The position numbers and the translations under genes were made by a program. A DNA stretch of 64,000 bases from Leucoraja ocellata (lineage: Eukaryota): positions 1,984,001 through 2,048,000 of the forward strand of contig JAWMAR010000134.1 of assembly GCA_036785375.1 (NCBI GenBank). Reading direction: 5' to 3'. The notes under the pieces were generated by a model that was given only the letters and a program-made list of their open reading frames with translations, was not told the DNA's origin and did not search any database. Of this stretch, positions 50,640 through 63,589 are shown piece after piece (position 1 is the stretch's first letter; every line of letters begins with the position of its first letter).

Positions 50640-52160
50640 TTTTCCCCAGTAACAACCGGCCATACCACGTACGTTTGACACATTCCTCAGCTGGAGATAC
50701 TAGCACTGGGAGGGAGGGGAGTGCAAGCTGCAAGGATACACACCCAGCGAAGAATGGTTAAAGGTTAGCGTAGTGTCGGGTCCTAACTTGAAATCTCGCC
50801 ACCCGGGGAACACTTAACCCCATTCCTGCTCTTCGTCTGCCGCCATTCGCCCCCTTGAGTTGCCCAGTTTTTTCCCCCCGAACACAAAGAGAGGGAGGGA
50901 GGCGTCAGCGACGGGAATGAGCGGAGGCTCTGCTCCTCTGGAGCGCGTTGGCCTCAGACATGGGAGTCAGGATTCAGCAGAAGCCGCGGCTCCCGTCTAC
51001 AATCGCTTCAAAATCAATTGAACTGTGGTATACAAGAGCGTTTCTAATCCTTGCTTCCCTCGGCAATCCTTGAAAACAATGCAACGAGACAGATAGTCGA
51101 GAGAAGTTACAATCTTTAAAAGTTCAAAGCCGGATCGGCGATCACCGCTCGCACCCCAACTTCATTTTAACTTTCCCCCGCCCTCCTCCCGTATAATCTT
51201 TCGGATTACAAAAATCGCTTGAGGGGGGGGAATAACTACACACAACGATCAAAATTGACCTGCTCATTAAAGCAAAAATAGTTTACCTTTTATTTCGGAG
51301 TGCGGCTCAGCCTGAGAGTGAAGAAAGGTGAGCAGCTCACATGATCCTGTGTTTAATCCAGAGGCGAGAGAAAGAGGGAGGAAGAGGGAGGGGTAGAGAG
51401 ACTCACCTGTGGGCGATGCACACATCCGCTCCGAGTAACAACGACACGAGGAACAGGAAACGGAATCGTCCGATTCCTTGCGAATAACGAGGAAGAGAAA
51501 GCCACCCATCGCCTGGCTGCCGGGGCACCGGGGGCCCGAGTTACGGCGCTGCGCTGGCCCAGCGCTTTGTTGTCGAAGGGCGGCTGCTCGACGGAGCAGG
51601 CTGGGTCTGCTGCTACTTTTAACAGTGGCGCTGGAAATGCCAAAGGAGCAGAGGGAATTCTCCTCCCCCAGCCTCCCCGCTCTCACCCGATCCCTGACAC
51701 AACTTGACGTTTCGTCCGCCGTGGCTTTGTTGCAAATGTGGCTCTGGTTACGAGTGACTGGACGCGCACACACGGGCTCGCATTCCAGCCAGTCAGATGT
51801 GCATTTGTTTTGGTAAATTTATCATCCGTTGATTTATTTTTTATTAAAAAATAGTTCCTCTTTCCCCGCCCTCCCACACCCTCCGCTGCCTGGTCGCTTC
51901 ACCCGAACGCTGAGATGGGATGGAGACAAGGCACCGGCGATACGTGTTCCCATCGGGCCAGGAATTGTATTTTCTTAAATGTCCAAACGCAATCGATGTG
52001 AGCTTTTATGAGAATTGGGGGACTACTGAAAGTTCAGACGTTAAATGAAGGGAATTTAATAAATTGTCTGGGTTTCAAATTGGGAAAGTGGAAAATTCTC
52101 TGCAAAAAAAATCCGGGAGTGCGTGGGCGTTCGATGTAACCCTGGTCAGAGTATAACGTC
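50640..52160 (-). promoter_or_regulatory. CpG-island promoter of an unidentified minus-strand gene
   Basis: Dense CpGs in non-repeat DNA; GC boxes CCCCGCCC at 51864-71 and ~51176; TGACGT at 51705; AT-rich box 51830-51855. Confidence 0.75.
51407..51800 (-). other. Probable first exon of the host gene (start approximate)
   Basis: Perfect CAG|GTGAGT donor at 51409-51401 within the CpG island; GCGATGG Kozak-context ATG at 51509. Confidence 0.6.
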
Positions 52161-52504
52161 GATGTTTTTCAACCCAGCATCTGCGGTTCCTTGTGTTAAA
52201 ATGTCTTTGTTCATGCAGTGGACTTGCCGCGCTTATCATCTACCCTTTGTCCCGGAACAGAGGACGCTGTTAACTATAAACGTTACTAGACTCCCAACTT
52301 TTGCTGAACATCCAGCAGTGTTCTGCTCCAGCGGCATATCTGGCCCCATGTTGCCAACCACCTGTTCTTCGCAGCACAGCAGGTCCATATTCTGACGCTG
52401 CCTCAGTTCCTAGCCCACATTCTTGATCCTTAACTTCTGGAATATTTGAAGATATACCCCAGAGTTGGTACAAACATGCTCTATTACAAAGTAGTGATTC
52501 CTCA

Positions 52505-52702
52505 CCGAAGGTAGACACAAAATGCTGGAGTAACGGGACAGACAGCATCTCTGGAGAGGAATGGGTAACGTTTCGGGTCAAGACGTCTCTTCCCAAAACG
52601 ACACCCATACCATCTCTCCAGGGGTGCTGCCTGTCCCACTGAGTTGCTCCATAATTTTGGCTATCTTTGGTTTAAACCAGATTCAGCACTTTCTTTCTAA
52701 AC
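52505..52702. mobile_element. Fold-back pLTR element
   Basis: gggacagacagcatctctggagag inverted as tctccaggggtgctgcctgtccc; cgtttcggg/cccaaaacg at the centre. Confidence 0.8.
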
Positions 52703-52885
52703 AGTAATTCCTCACCTATATGCTACAAAATATAAAGGCTTAAAAGCACCAACCAACAGCTTCAGAATCGAGTTTCACGGTTATTCACTGTACCTTAATT
52801 GGTACACGCGACAATAAACAGACCTTTGAGAAACAACTTCTTTCTCAGTTATCAGGTTACTAAATGGTCCCCCTAAACTAGTTAG

Positions 52886-52985
52886 TAGGTAGACATAAAA
52901 TGCTGGGGTAACTCAGCGGGACAGGCAGCTTCTCTGGAGAGAAGGGATGGTGACGTTTTGGGTCGAGACCCTTCTTCAGACTGAC
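52886..52985 (-). mobile_element. pLTR element with hammerhead motif (G12-to-A variant)
   Basis: Minus strand tcagtctgaagaagggtctcgacccaaaacgtcacc. Confidence 0.8.
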
Positions 52986-53245
52986 AGCTAGTTAGTCGTC
53001 CTGACTTTCCAACTTATCTCATTGCATAAATTGGACATAGTCTCCTTAACACTAATTATATAATTCCCTTAAACTATATTCTGCAATTGGTATTTTTTTC
53101 TTTGCACTACCTGTTGGACATGTCGCTGGCTTGATTGTACTTGTGTAGACTATGACAATTATTGGCAATAAATGAACACATCTGGACTACTTACAGCATG
53201 CACTTGAAAGATACCAATGCCAAATCCAATAAATTCATTAGAAGA

Positions 53246-54354
53246 CTAGACCAAGTGCAGGTCTGGTCCCCAACACAAGATTCCAGAACTCACCTGTTCC
53301 CAGAATGAAGCCTTTCCCCCATCGTAATATTGCACCACTCACACATACCCCCAACTGCGCAGGCATGGCTCATTTCTCCTCATCTGCTGGCACTCCCTCC
53401 TCCTCTTCAATCCCTAGAGAGGGATGGGGGGTAGAGAGAGGGAGGGAGGGGGGGTAGAGAGAGGGAGGGAGGGGGGGGTAGAGAGAGGGAGGGAGGGGGG
53501 GTAGAGAGAGGGAGGGAGGGGGGGTAGAGAGAGGGAGGGAGGGTGGGTAGAGGGGGAGTGGGTTAGAGAGGGAGGGATGGAGGGTGGGTGTAGATAGGGA
53601 GGGGCATCTCCCTCCTCCACCCCTCCCCATCTCCCTCCACATCTCCCCCCATCTCCCTCTACTACCCCAGTCCCCACCCCATCTCCCTCATCCTCCTCCC
53701 CTCACTCCCATTCCCTGCCCAGGACCTACCCAGGTCGTAGAGCAGTGCCAGGGCCTGGAACTCGGCCTGGTTCTCATTCTCGGCCCGGCACTACCTGTAG
53801 ACTCCAGCCATCAGCTCGGCCGCCACCTGGGCTCCAGTGCAGGCCCCGACTTAATCTCCGGGCTCATCCTGACTCCGGACCCAGACTCGTCCTTTGTTCC
53901 AGCGGCAGCTTCTTTCTCGGCCCCGGTCACGGCCCCATCCCAAGCCCCGGGCTCGTGCTCACTCCAACTCGAGCACCAGGCTCGGCTCCAGCCGGGGCCC
54001 GCGGCACCACCCTCGCCACCAGGTGTCGGGCACCGGCAGCCACCGCTGGAGTGGCCCTCCCTCCCGGAGTGTCCCGTCCTGCCTTGCGAGTGCATTGTGA
54101 CCACACTCGGATTTTATTTTCCCCGAAATGTGTGGGTTTTTGGGGCTGTTTTTTAAATTTAAAGGATTAATATCACCGTAAATATAGGGGGGAATGCGAC
54201 GGGAAAATGTTTGTCACCATGACAGGAAAAATGTGAGTAGGATATGTGACAATGGGAAGGCTATGGCCTAGCGTGTGGAAGAAGATAAGAAAAGCAGATT
54301 GGCACATCGTCAACACAAACACAAACAATAGGAAGAGTTTTAGTATTATAGAGA
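53246..54354 (-). mobile_element. Non-autonomous Helitron-like element, apparently complete (1109 bp)
   Basis: Minus strand A|TCTCTATAATACTAAAACTC ... CACTTGGTCTAG|T: 5' TC, 3' CTAG, AT target, no TSD; internal G-rich minisatellite 53415-53600; subterminal hairpin weak. Confidence 0.65.
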
Positions 54355-54539
54355 TTACATGAACCAACATCAGTATCCTCTCAGTTAAAAATCCTAATTC
54401 CACTTGGTCAAGGCCATTTGGCCATGTTCACATCATGCATTTGCATGGCACCTGACATGGCTCCAAGCTGTCATGGGACAGAGAAAAATAACTGATGTGC
54501 TCAAAGCCTCCTGTCCCATGTCACTCAAAGTCGAGGAAT

Positions 54540-55340
54540 AGAAGAGAACCCATGGTATTAGAGGGAAATACTAGCATGGCTAGAAGGTTGGCTGAATGGC
54601 AAAGAGTGGGAATAAAGGAGGCTTTTTCTGGTTGGCTGCCAGTGACTAGCGGTGTTCTGCAGGTTTGGTGTTGAAACCACTACTCTTCACCTAGTATATT
54701 AATGATTTGGACAATGGAATTGATGGCTTTGTCCCCAAATTTGCAGATGATGTGAAATTAAGTGGAGGGGCAGGTTGTGTAGAAGAAGCAGGGATCTGCA
54801 AAAGGATTTAGACAGGTTAGAAGAGTGGGCAAAGAACTAGCAGATGGAAGACAATGTAGCAAAATGTACCGTCATGCATTTTGGTAGTAGGAATAAAGAC
54901 GCAGACTATTCCCTACATGAGAGAATTCAGAAATCAGAGGTGCAAAAGGACTTGAGAGTGAAGGTGCAGGATTCCAAAAAGGTTAATCTGGAGGTTGAAT
55001 TGGTGGCAAGGAAGTCAAATGCAATGTTAGCATTCATTTCGAAAGGACTAGAATATAAAGCAAAGATATAATGCTGAGGCTTTATATGGCTCTGGTCAGA
55101 CAACATCTGGAGTAATGGGTTAATGTATAAGGTGCGTTTGACGGCTCAGCCTGTACCTGCTGGAGTTTAGAAGGATGAGGGGAGATCTCATTGCAATTTA
55201 CCAGTTAGTGAAAGGCTTGGATAGAGTGGATGTCGAGAGGATGTTTCCACTAGTGGGAGATTTCAGGACCAGAGGGCACAGTCTCAGAATAAAAGGACAT
55301 ACTTTTAGAAAGGAGATGAGGAGGAATTTCTTTAGCCATT
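54540..55340 (+). mobile_element. Degenerate CR1 LINE RT and 3' fragment
   Basis: aaatttgcagatgat (KFADD), KCTVMHFGSRNK, MRGDLIAIYQLVKGLDRVD. Confidence 0.88.
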
Positions 55341-57869
55341 TCTGCCTCATCTGTAGAAAAGTTTGCAATTCTCACATTTGCATCATATTGATTCAGAATG
55401 TGGCACTTGGAGGTTATCAACCACGCAAATTCCAACAAATTGATTGATATCCAGTTTGAGTTTTGCTAGGACCAGCAGGCTTCAGATAATGATTCAACCA
55501 TGGATCTAAGGAGCTGAAATCCAGAGATGTGGCAAGAGTGACTGGCCACGACAGCAACAGAGCATTTCACCAAATATGGCATCCATAATTATATATTGCA
55601 TAAAGAGACCAATCACTCTAATTAAAGGACATATTAGTGGCAGTTACACAAGGCATTATCTGTGGCACAACCATTTTCAGCTGCTTTCTAGTAACCTTTC
55701 TTCTACTATAAGATTTTTGCTAATGTTACGCAATGTTAATTCCATTCCTAGGACTTCAGCAAATGATGCAGTCTATGTCAATATGCAGCAAGATATAGAC
55801 ACCATTCAGGCATGGGATGATTGGTGGCAAAGATTAGAGGTCTACTTTGAATTAAATTAAAACCTAATTCAACCACATCTAAACTGATCCCAACCCAAGT
55901 AGTTATATTTCCATACCCGACTCTGCTTGGAAGTACATATCACCAAGGACAGTCAAACTCAGTTGTTTGAATTTTCCAGCTTAAGTTCCTCTACCTTTTA
56001 AATGTATTCAGCAAACCCCTGTCTTCCACATTTAACTTTGCTTTCTTCCCCTTCAATGGGGTTCCTATTTGCCTGATAGGATGGTTTAAATCCTTCCCAA
56101 TGGGTTTCCAAAACTAATTTTCCAGCACTGTTGAGACACAATCCAGCCAGTTTGTAAATGTCCAAAATCCATCAGAACTCGGTGATGTTCTTGACTCTAA
56201 TACCAAGCAGGCAATATACCATCACTGATGTGGCAGCAGAAACACCTACTTGCCCACAAAACTATTAAATCTTTAACACTAATGTTCTCATCCTTTCTCC
56301 CCCACGTCTCACAGCTTTATCACCCACAGTAGTATTGTCTTCTCCAATGTTAAGAGCTGAATACTAGGAGACTCGTATACTACCTGCCTAATCTACCTGT
56401 TTTGCCCACTCATAATCCATTTCCTTCTGCTTGTAAGCATTTAAATTGTAGGGTGACCCCAAACCTGGAGTATATTTTCTATGTGATCTCCAGCCTTATG
56501 GATGCACTATAGTAATACCAGTTGCTTCTAAACTCTGAAATTTGGATTTTTAGCTTCTTCATTGAAGTAAATCTTTCCAAGACGCAAGAAGTATCTTGGC
56601 TTTCTATTTAGAACAGCTGACAGTAATTAATGGGACTAAAGATTCCTGCTGGTCTCTATGTGCCAGAATAAAAGCTAAAAATCCAGTGATTGTCTAAAAT
56701 TAACACGTCCTTAACAATAAGCTGTATTGCTCAATTATTTATTTTTTTTACAATCTTAATCTGTTTATTTTTAATGTAAAATATTACATGTTACTGTCCC
56801 TAGTTTCCTTAATTTAAACCATATCCTTGTTAAAGAAGGACAAACAAAATTGTGATCCTCAACAACCCACTTTCTGCTATTCTCTGATGTTTGTTATATA
56901 CTCAAACCAGGGAACAAATAGAGTTTTACTCCCAATACTGCCCTCAGGGTAGGTTGATCTTGGCCTCGGGCATCATGCCTCAGGTTATATTAATGCACTT
57001 TGCTGCTTGCAATTCCCCAAGTAGATTGTTTTTACTGCTATTGTTTGGGTAATTTGAGTGAAGATTAACATTAAAAAGGGATTTCTCTTTCCACTGCTTT
57101 AAACATATGTGGATGCCAGTCTAAAATTGTTCAGTTGCATTTGTGTCACTGGGAAAAATTAGGTTCCTGTTCTTTCAGGTTAATCCTTTCAACCTCCTAC
57201 CTTATTTCTGACTCCCAATCCACTGTTCACTAGCTTGATATCCAAAATAAACCAACAGTCTTGAAACTGCTCCACAGTTGCCATGGCTCAGATTTGACAC
57301 TCAGATGTTCTTCCATCCACTGCTTTTTCATAAAACTAGCAACAAAACAACTGCCAACATCAAGCCTGATTGCATCCACTAATTAAACAGCCAGGTAATT
57401 GCCTGCCAGATCTTACAGCTGTCCCATTTTCACAGCTGCAAGAACATCCCGGGGAGTAGAATAGAATCCTCCAAGATTTCTCTACTTAGCCTATTCAGGT
57501 GCTTTCATCCACAAACAGAATTCAGACTTATTTGCATCCAGATAAAAGGTGTCCTTATGGCTGATTCTGTATTCTCTGATGCCTTCCTTCTCCCAGCTCC
57601 ATAACTGACAACATTTGCTCCTGCCTTCCCACCCAATAACCCAGCTTCTGTGCAATATCTACCCAGCTCTTGTTATATTTATTTCATACAAAGTCCACAC
57701 TCGTTTCTTTACTTCCCTCTTCACTACCTTCTCCAAATAAACTGCCCTGCATTAACCCCATGGTCACTAACATTATCAACCCAATTTTATTTTTCAACAA
57801 CATCTCCCCCTTCTTCCATCACAAGTATTATAATGCTCCTGGCCTAAAGTCTGATTCTCCAATTTTACA

Positions 57870-58350
57870 CCCCACCAAAATCAATAGAAAAAATAAGATC
57901 TCATGCCTTAATGACTATCTTCCAGTGGCCTTGACATCCACCATCACAAAGTGCTTTGAGATACTGGTCATGGCACATGTTAAATCCAGCCTACCATGTA
58001 GCCTTGATCCATTGCAGTTAACCTACCGCCACAACAGGTTCTTTTCTGGCCTACATTCATCCCTAGAATACCTGGATAAGAAGGACACATACGTTAGACT
58101 CCTGTTCATCGTCTATAGCGCTGCTTTCAATGCCATTATCCCAACAAAGCTCATCTCCAAACTCGTGGAACGGAGTCAGCACTCCCCACTGCAACTGTAT
58201 CCTTGCCTTCCTGCCCAACAGATCATAATCAGTGAGGATAGGTGACAAATCATCTTCTATCATAATTCTCAACACTGGTGCCCTGCAAGGATGCGTTCTC
58301 AGCCCCCTACTATACATCTTATACAATCATGACTGCACAGCCAAGTACCA
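57870..58350 (+). mobile_element. Rex1/Babar LINE RT fragment
   Basis: [52 protein letters not shown]. Confidence 0.88.
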
Positions 58351-58354
58351 ATCT

Positions 58355-60320
58355 AGGCCATTCGGTCCTTTGAGCCAGCACCACCATTAACTATGATCAT
58401 GGCTGTTCATACACAATCAGTACCCCATTCCTGCCTTCTCCCCATATCCCTTCACTCCGCTATCTTGCAGAGTATCTAACTCTCTTGCGAGCATCCAGAG
58501 AATTGGCCTCCACTGCCTTCTGAGGCAGAGAATTCCACAGATTCACAACTCCGGGTGAAAAAGTTTCTCCTCATCCCTGTTCTAAATGGCCTACCCCTTA
58601 TTCTTAAACTGCAGCGCCTGGTTCTGGTTACCCAACATTGGGAACATGCTTCCTGCCTCTAGCGTGTCCAATCTTGTAATAATCTTATATGTTTCAATAC
58701 CTCTCATCCCTCTAAATTCCAGTATATACAAGCCCAGTCGCTCCATTCTATCGACATATGACAGTGCCACCATTCCGGGAATTAACCTCGTGAACCTACG
58801 CTGCACTTCATCAATAACAAGAATGTCTCCTCAAATTTGGAGACCAAAACTGCACACAATACCAGGTGTGGTCTCACTAGAGCCCTGTACAACTGCAGAG
58901 GTCCTCTTTGCTCCTATACTGAATTCCTCTTGTTATGTAGGCCAACATGCCATTAGCTTTCTTCACTGTCTGCTGTACCTGCATGCTTACTTCCAGTGAC
59001 TGATGAACAAGGACCCCCAGATCTCATTGTACTCGCCACTTTTCCCAACTTGACACCATTCAGATAATAATCTGCCTTCATGTTTTTGCCACCAAAGTGG
59101 ATACTCAGATTTATCCACATTAAACTGCATCTGCCATGCATCTGCCCACTCACCCAACCTGTCCAAGTCACCCTGCATCCTCATAGTATCTTCCTCACAG
59201 TTCACACTGCCATCCAGCTTTGTGTCACCTGCAAATTTGCTAATGTTACTTTTATTCCCTTCATCTAAATCATTAATGTATATTGTAAATAGCTACGGTC
59301 CCAGCACCGAGCCTTCCGGTACTCAACTAGTCATTGCCAGCCATTCTGAAAGGGTCCCGTTAATCCCTATGCTTTGTTTCCTGTCTGCCAACCAATTTTC
59401 TATCCATTTCAGTACCCTACCCCCAATACCATGTGCTCTAATTTTGCCCACTAATCTCCTTTGTGGGACCTTATCAAAGGCATTCTGAAAGTCCAGGTAC
59501 ACTACATCCACTGGCTCTCCCTTGTCCATTTTCCCAGTTATATCCTCAAAAAATTCCAGAAGATTAGTCAAGCATGATTTCCCCTTCGTAAATCCATGCT
59601 GACTCGGACCGATCCTGTTACTGCTATCCAAAGATGCCGCTATTTAATCTTTTATTATTGACTCCAGCATCTTCCCCACCACCGATGTCAGGCCAACTGG
59701 TCTATAATTCCCTCCTTTCTCTCTCCCGCCTTTCTTAAAAAGTGGGATAACATTAGCTACCCCCCAATCCACAGGAACTGATCCGGAATCGATAGAACAT
59801 TGGAAAATGATCACGATTTCTAGAGACACTTCCTTAAGTACCCTGGCATGCAAACCATAAGGCCCTGGGGATTGATCAGCCTTCAGTCCCATCAGTCTAC
59901 CCAACACCATTTCCTGCCTAATTTGAATTTCCTTCAGTTCCTCTGACACCCTAGGTCCTCTGGCCAGTAGTACATCTGGGAGATTGTTTGTGTCTTTCCT
60001 AGTGAAGACAGATCCAAAGTACCTGTTCAACTCATCTGCCATTTCCTTGTTCCCAATATTAAATTCACCTGTTTCTGTCTTTAAAGGTCCAACTTTGGTC
60101 TTAACTATTTTTTTCCTGTTCACATACCTAAAGAAGCTTTTCCTATTCTCCTTTATATTCTTGGCTAGCTTACCTTCGTACCTCATCTTTTATCCCCGTA
60201 TTGCCTTTTTAGTTATCTTCTGTTGCTCTTTAAAAGTTTCCCAATCCTCTGATTTCCCACTCATCTTTGCTATGTTATACTTCTTCTCTTTTATTTTTAT
60301 ACTGTCCTTGACTTCCGTTG
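58355..60320 (-). mobile_element. CR1 (HER1-like) LINE, ~2-kb 3' portion with frameshifts
   Basis: NYRPVGLTSVVGKMLESIIKD, QHGFTKGKSCLTNLLEFFE, YLDFQNAFDKVP. Confidence 0.95.
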
Positions 60321-60591
60321 TTAATACATTGCTGTTTAATTTCTAAATATTTGAGGTATAGCCTGAATTGAAAATCACATGACTGGCTTTCTTTCTTTGA
60401 TTAGTAAATTAAAAAGTCTATTGCAAAAATAATAATGTCTTCTCTCTGCACGGTACACAGTAGCACATAATTAAAATGGAAGAATAATATAGTATATCTG
60501 GAAGTGTTGTTTACAATTGAAAGTGATCTTAAAAAAAAACACATTACATATCAAGTACTGAAACAAAAAAAGCTGATTTTAATTTACATAC

Positions 60592-61283
60592 TCAAGTCAA
60601 GTCAAGTTTATTTGTCACATACACATATGAGATGTGCAGTGAAATGAAAGTGGCAATGCTCGTGGACTTTTGTGCAAAAGACAAACAACCAAACAAATTA
60701 TAAACACAATCATAACACACATATTCTTTTACATAATAAATAATGGAAGGAAAAACGTTCAGTAGAGTTAGTCCCTGGTGGGATAGGCGTTTACAGTCCG
60801 AATGGCCTCTGGGAAGAAACTCCTTCTCAACCTCTCCGTTCTCACAGCATGGCAACGGAGGCGTTTGCCTGACCGTAGCAGCGGGAACAGTCCGTTGCAG
60901 GGGTGCAAGGGGTCTCCCATGATTTTATTTGCTCTGGAGTTGCACCTCCTGTTGTATAGTTCCTGCAGGGGGGCGAGTGAAGTTCCCATAGTGCGTTCGG
61001 CCGAACGCACTACTCTCTGCAGAGCCTTCTTGTCCTTGGCAGAGCAATTCCCAAACCAGATGGTAATATTTCCGGACAAGATGCTTTCCACCGCCGCTGC
61101 GTAGAAGCATTGGAGGATCCTCGGAGACACTCTGAATTTCCTCAATTGCCTGAGGTGGTAAAGGCGCTGCCTTGCCTTACTCACGAGTGCTGATGCGTGT
61201 GATGCCCATGTCATATCCTCGGAGATGTGGACTCCCAGATATTTAAAACAGTTCACCCTATCCACAGGATCCCCATTTATCCA
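60592..61283 (-). mobile_element. Young Rex1/Babar LINE 3' fragment
   Basis: Open 165-aa ORF FKYLGVHISEDMTW..KARQRLYHLRQL..WFGNC..SFFPEAIR; tail gacaaataaa(cttga)n. Confidence 0.92.
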
Positions 61284-63147
61284 TTACATTTTCATTTACT
61301 TCCTTTTCTTCTGTCATCTCCCATGTAGCATCGACATAATAGAGACTGAATAACCAGTTTAAAAATAGAATAGAATTAACTAAGAATGTTACCTTCATGC
61401 CTTTAACAACATTTGAAGTTGAAGGACTTACATTTTTTTTAAAGGTTTTACTGGTTCAGCTTTTATTAGTAAAAAGAACGATGGAAAGTAGGAAAAGACA
61501 GCTTTAAAATGTAACATTAGGAGACAACTTACAGCCGGCAGTTCACATCCAACCCACGCATTCTTTCTTTCTAGCCCATCATGGGGCCTTTGACATGGCA
61601 ATGTGAGCTGGGAAGATAGGAGGTCCTCGTAGATAGCTTGACTTCCTTCCTTGTGGTTACTGAATTCTTAATACTGCAACTATCTAAAGTGTAACAAATA
61701 TTTCATGAAATTTGCCAGTCTTTCACAGCACAGACACACAGCACATCATTGATTAATGGAATCTGACAAAAAGGCATTTTGCATTCACAATATGGTTGAC
61801 ACAGCTGTTAATAAATTAGACCCAAACAATTCAGCTTTACTTGATGTCCATTCTCACCCCTCATCTCAAAATAATTACCTGTTAACAAAAGCAATTGATT
61901 AAGACCAATAAACTCCATTCATTAACAGAGGGCCAGCACAGTCCCAGCAAAGACCAAAATGTGATACGGTTCTAGAATGGAAGAGTTCGAGGGTAGATTC
62001 AGGGCTCTAGCCTATTTTGCAAGACACAATAAAAACAGATAAAATCTATTCATGATAATCATTATTTGCTCAGGCGATAATATTATTAGAAAATTGCCAG
62101 ATTGAGAATAGTTCCCAAATTCCCAAATGTAGAAAATTATACTGTTATTAGGAAACTCCAGTGGAAATCAGGAGCAATTATGATAGACAGAAGAGAGTTA
62201 TTTCACCCTGCAGGAGAAGGCAGGAGAAGGGGTTGAGAGGAAATAATAGACCAGCCATGATCAAATGTTGGAGTAGACTCCATGGGCCGAATGGCCTAAT
62301 TCAGCTCCTTTGTCTATGTCTTTGGTCTATTCCTGCCAGTGCAATCTCACTGTTAATTTGTTTTGATTTCACAACTTCCTGAAAGCCATCATCGCCAAGA
62401 GTTTTTGGATCAAACTATTTAAAAGTTGGGACTTCCAGAATTTGGTTTGTTCAGTTACTCCCCATCCTCTATTGTTCCTGAATCAAAGTGCTAGCACTTG
62501 ATATATACTGTAACCAGGTTTGAGTCTGGGGGAAATTACTGATATTTTTAACAGAGAGATTTTCATTAGTTTCCAAAGTAAATGGAGTGGCAAATTTACG
62601 TCAGCTTGTGGGATAAGTTCTTTTTTTTACATTTCCTAAGTGCTATTGCGGGTGCTCTTTGATTTTTCACTGGTCTCTAACTTTTCTATTAACCCATTTG
62701 TAGCTCTGTGGACAAGGTTCAAAAGTTGACAGATCTAAAGTTTTGGTGGTGGGGAGGAGAAAGAGTGAAATCACATGTTCAGAAGATCAGATTAATGGAA
62801 ATTCTGGTCATTCAGATATGTGAACAACGTGAAGACATCACGTTTTAAATTAGTTGCAGAGTTGAAAGGTCACCAAAAGGCCATCAAAACTGATTAACGT
62901 TGCATTTTGGTTTAGTGGGATGAATAATATGTAATGTTTTAATGATTAAAGTTTAGTTCAATTTATGAAGTACCTGTAATTACAAAAATCAATGATAGAA
63001 TAGAGCTCTGATATCGATACAGCCAATTGTTGAATGTCCTGGACTAATAAAGGCCTAAAATAATTTCAAGCAAATTATACCTTCAAACATGTAAAGCTGT
63101 TAGTCGTAATATCCTGCATTTTAAATTGAGAAGTTATTATTGTATTA

Positions 63148-63272
63148 AAGAACTGCAGATACTGGTTTAAATTGAAGGTAGACACAAAATGCTGGAGTAA
63201 CTCAGCGGGCCAGGCAGCATTTCTGGAGAGAAGGAATGGGTGACGTTTTGGGTCGAGACCCTTATTCAGACT
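63148..63272 (-). mobile_element. pLTR element with decayed hammerhead motif
   Basis: Minus strand agtctgaataagggtctcgacccaaaacgtcacc. Confidence 0.8.
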
Positions 63273-63589
63273 CCAGAATTTTATGTGTACCATTGTTTTC
63301 TATTGTTTGATATGTCTAAATCTGAAACTAGGTTGCTAAAAAAACAAGTTTTACATTACTGACCAGAAGTAATTTGAATTGTAAATCTTCCCTTCCACAT
63401 AAAATGTTGTGTATCACTGGAATATAATAACGAATGCTCCAAAGGTCCTTGGGATTCAGAAAATTAAATGATCATGTAAAATTGTACCTTTTATTATTAA
63501 CTATGCAAAGAACACAGCACAATTAGGTTTTTGGATCCAGTATGTCTGAAATAAAAACAGAAAAATATGAAAATGGTCAGGTTGCATTA

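Noticed and set aside
51407-51509. Resemblance of exon-1 peptides (MGG, LGAD, PT) to the PLOD2 N-terminus
   Set aside because: Matches fall in different frames and no convincing next exon is in the window; no gene symbol assigned
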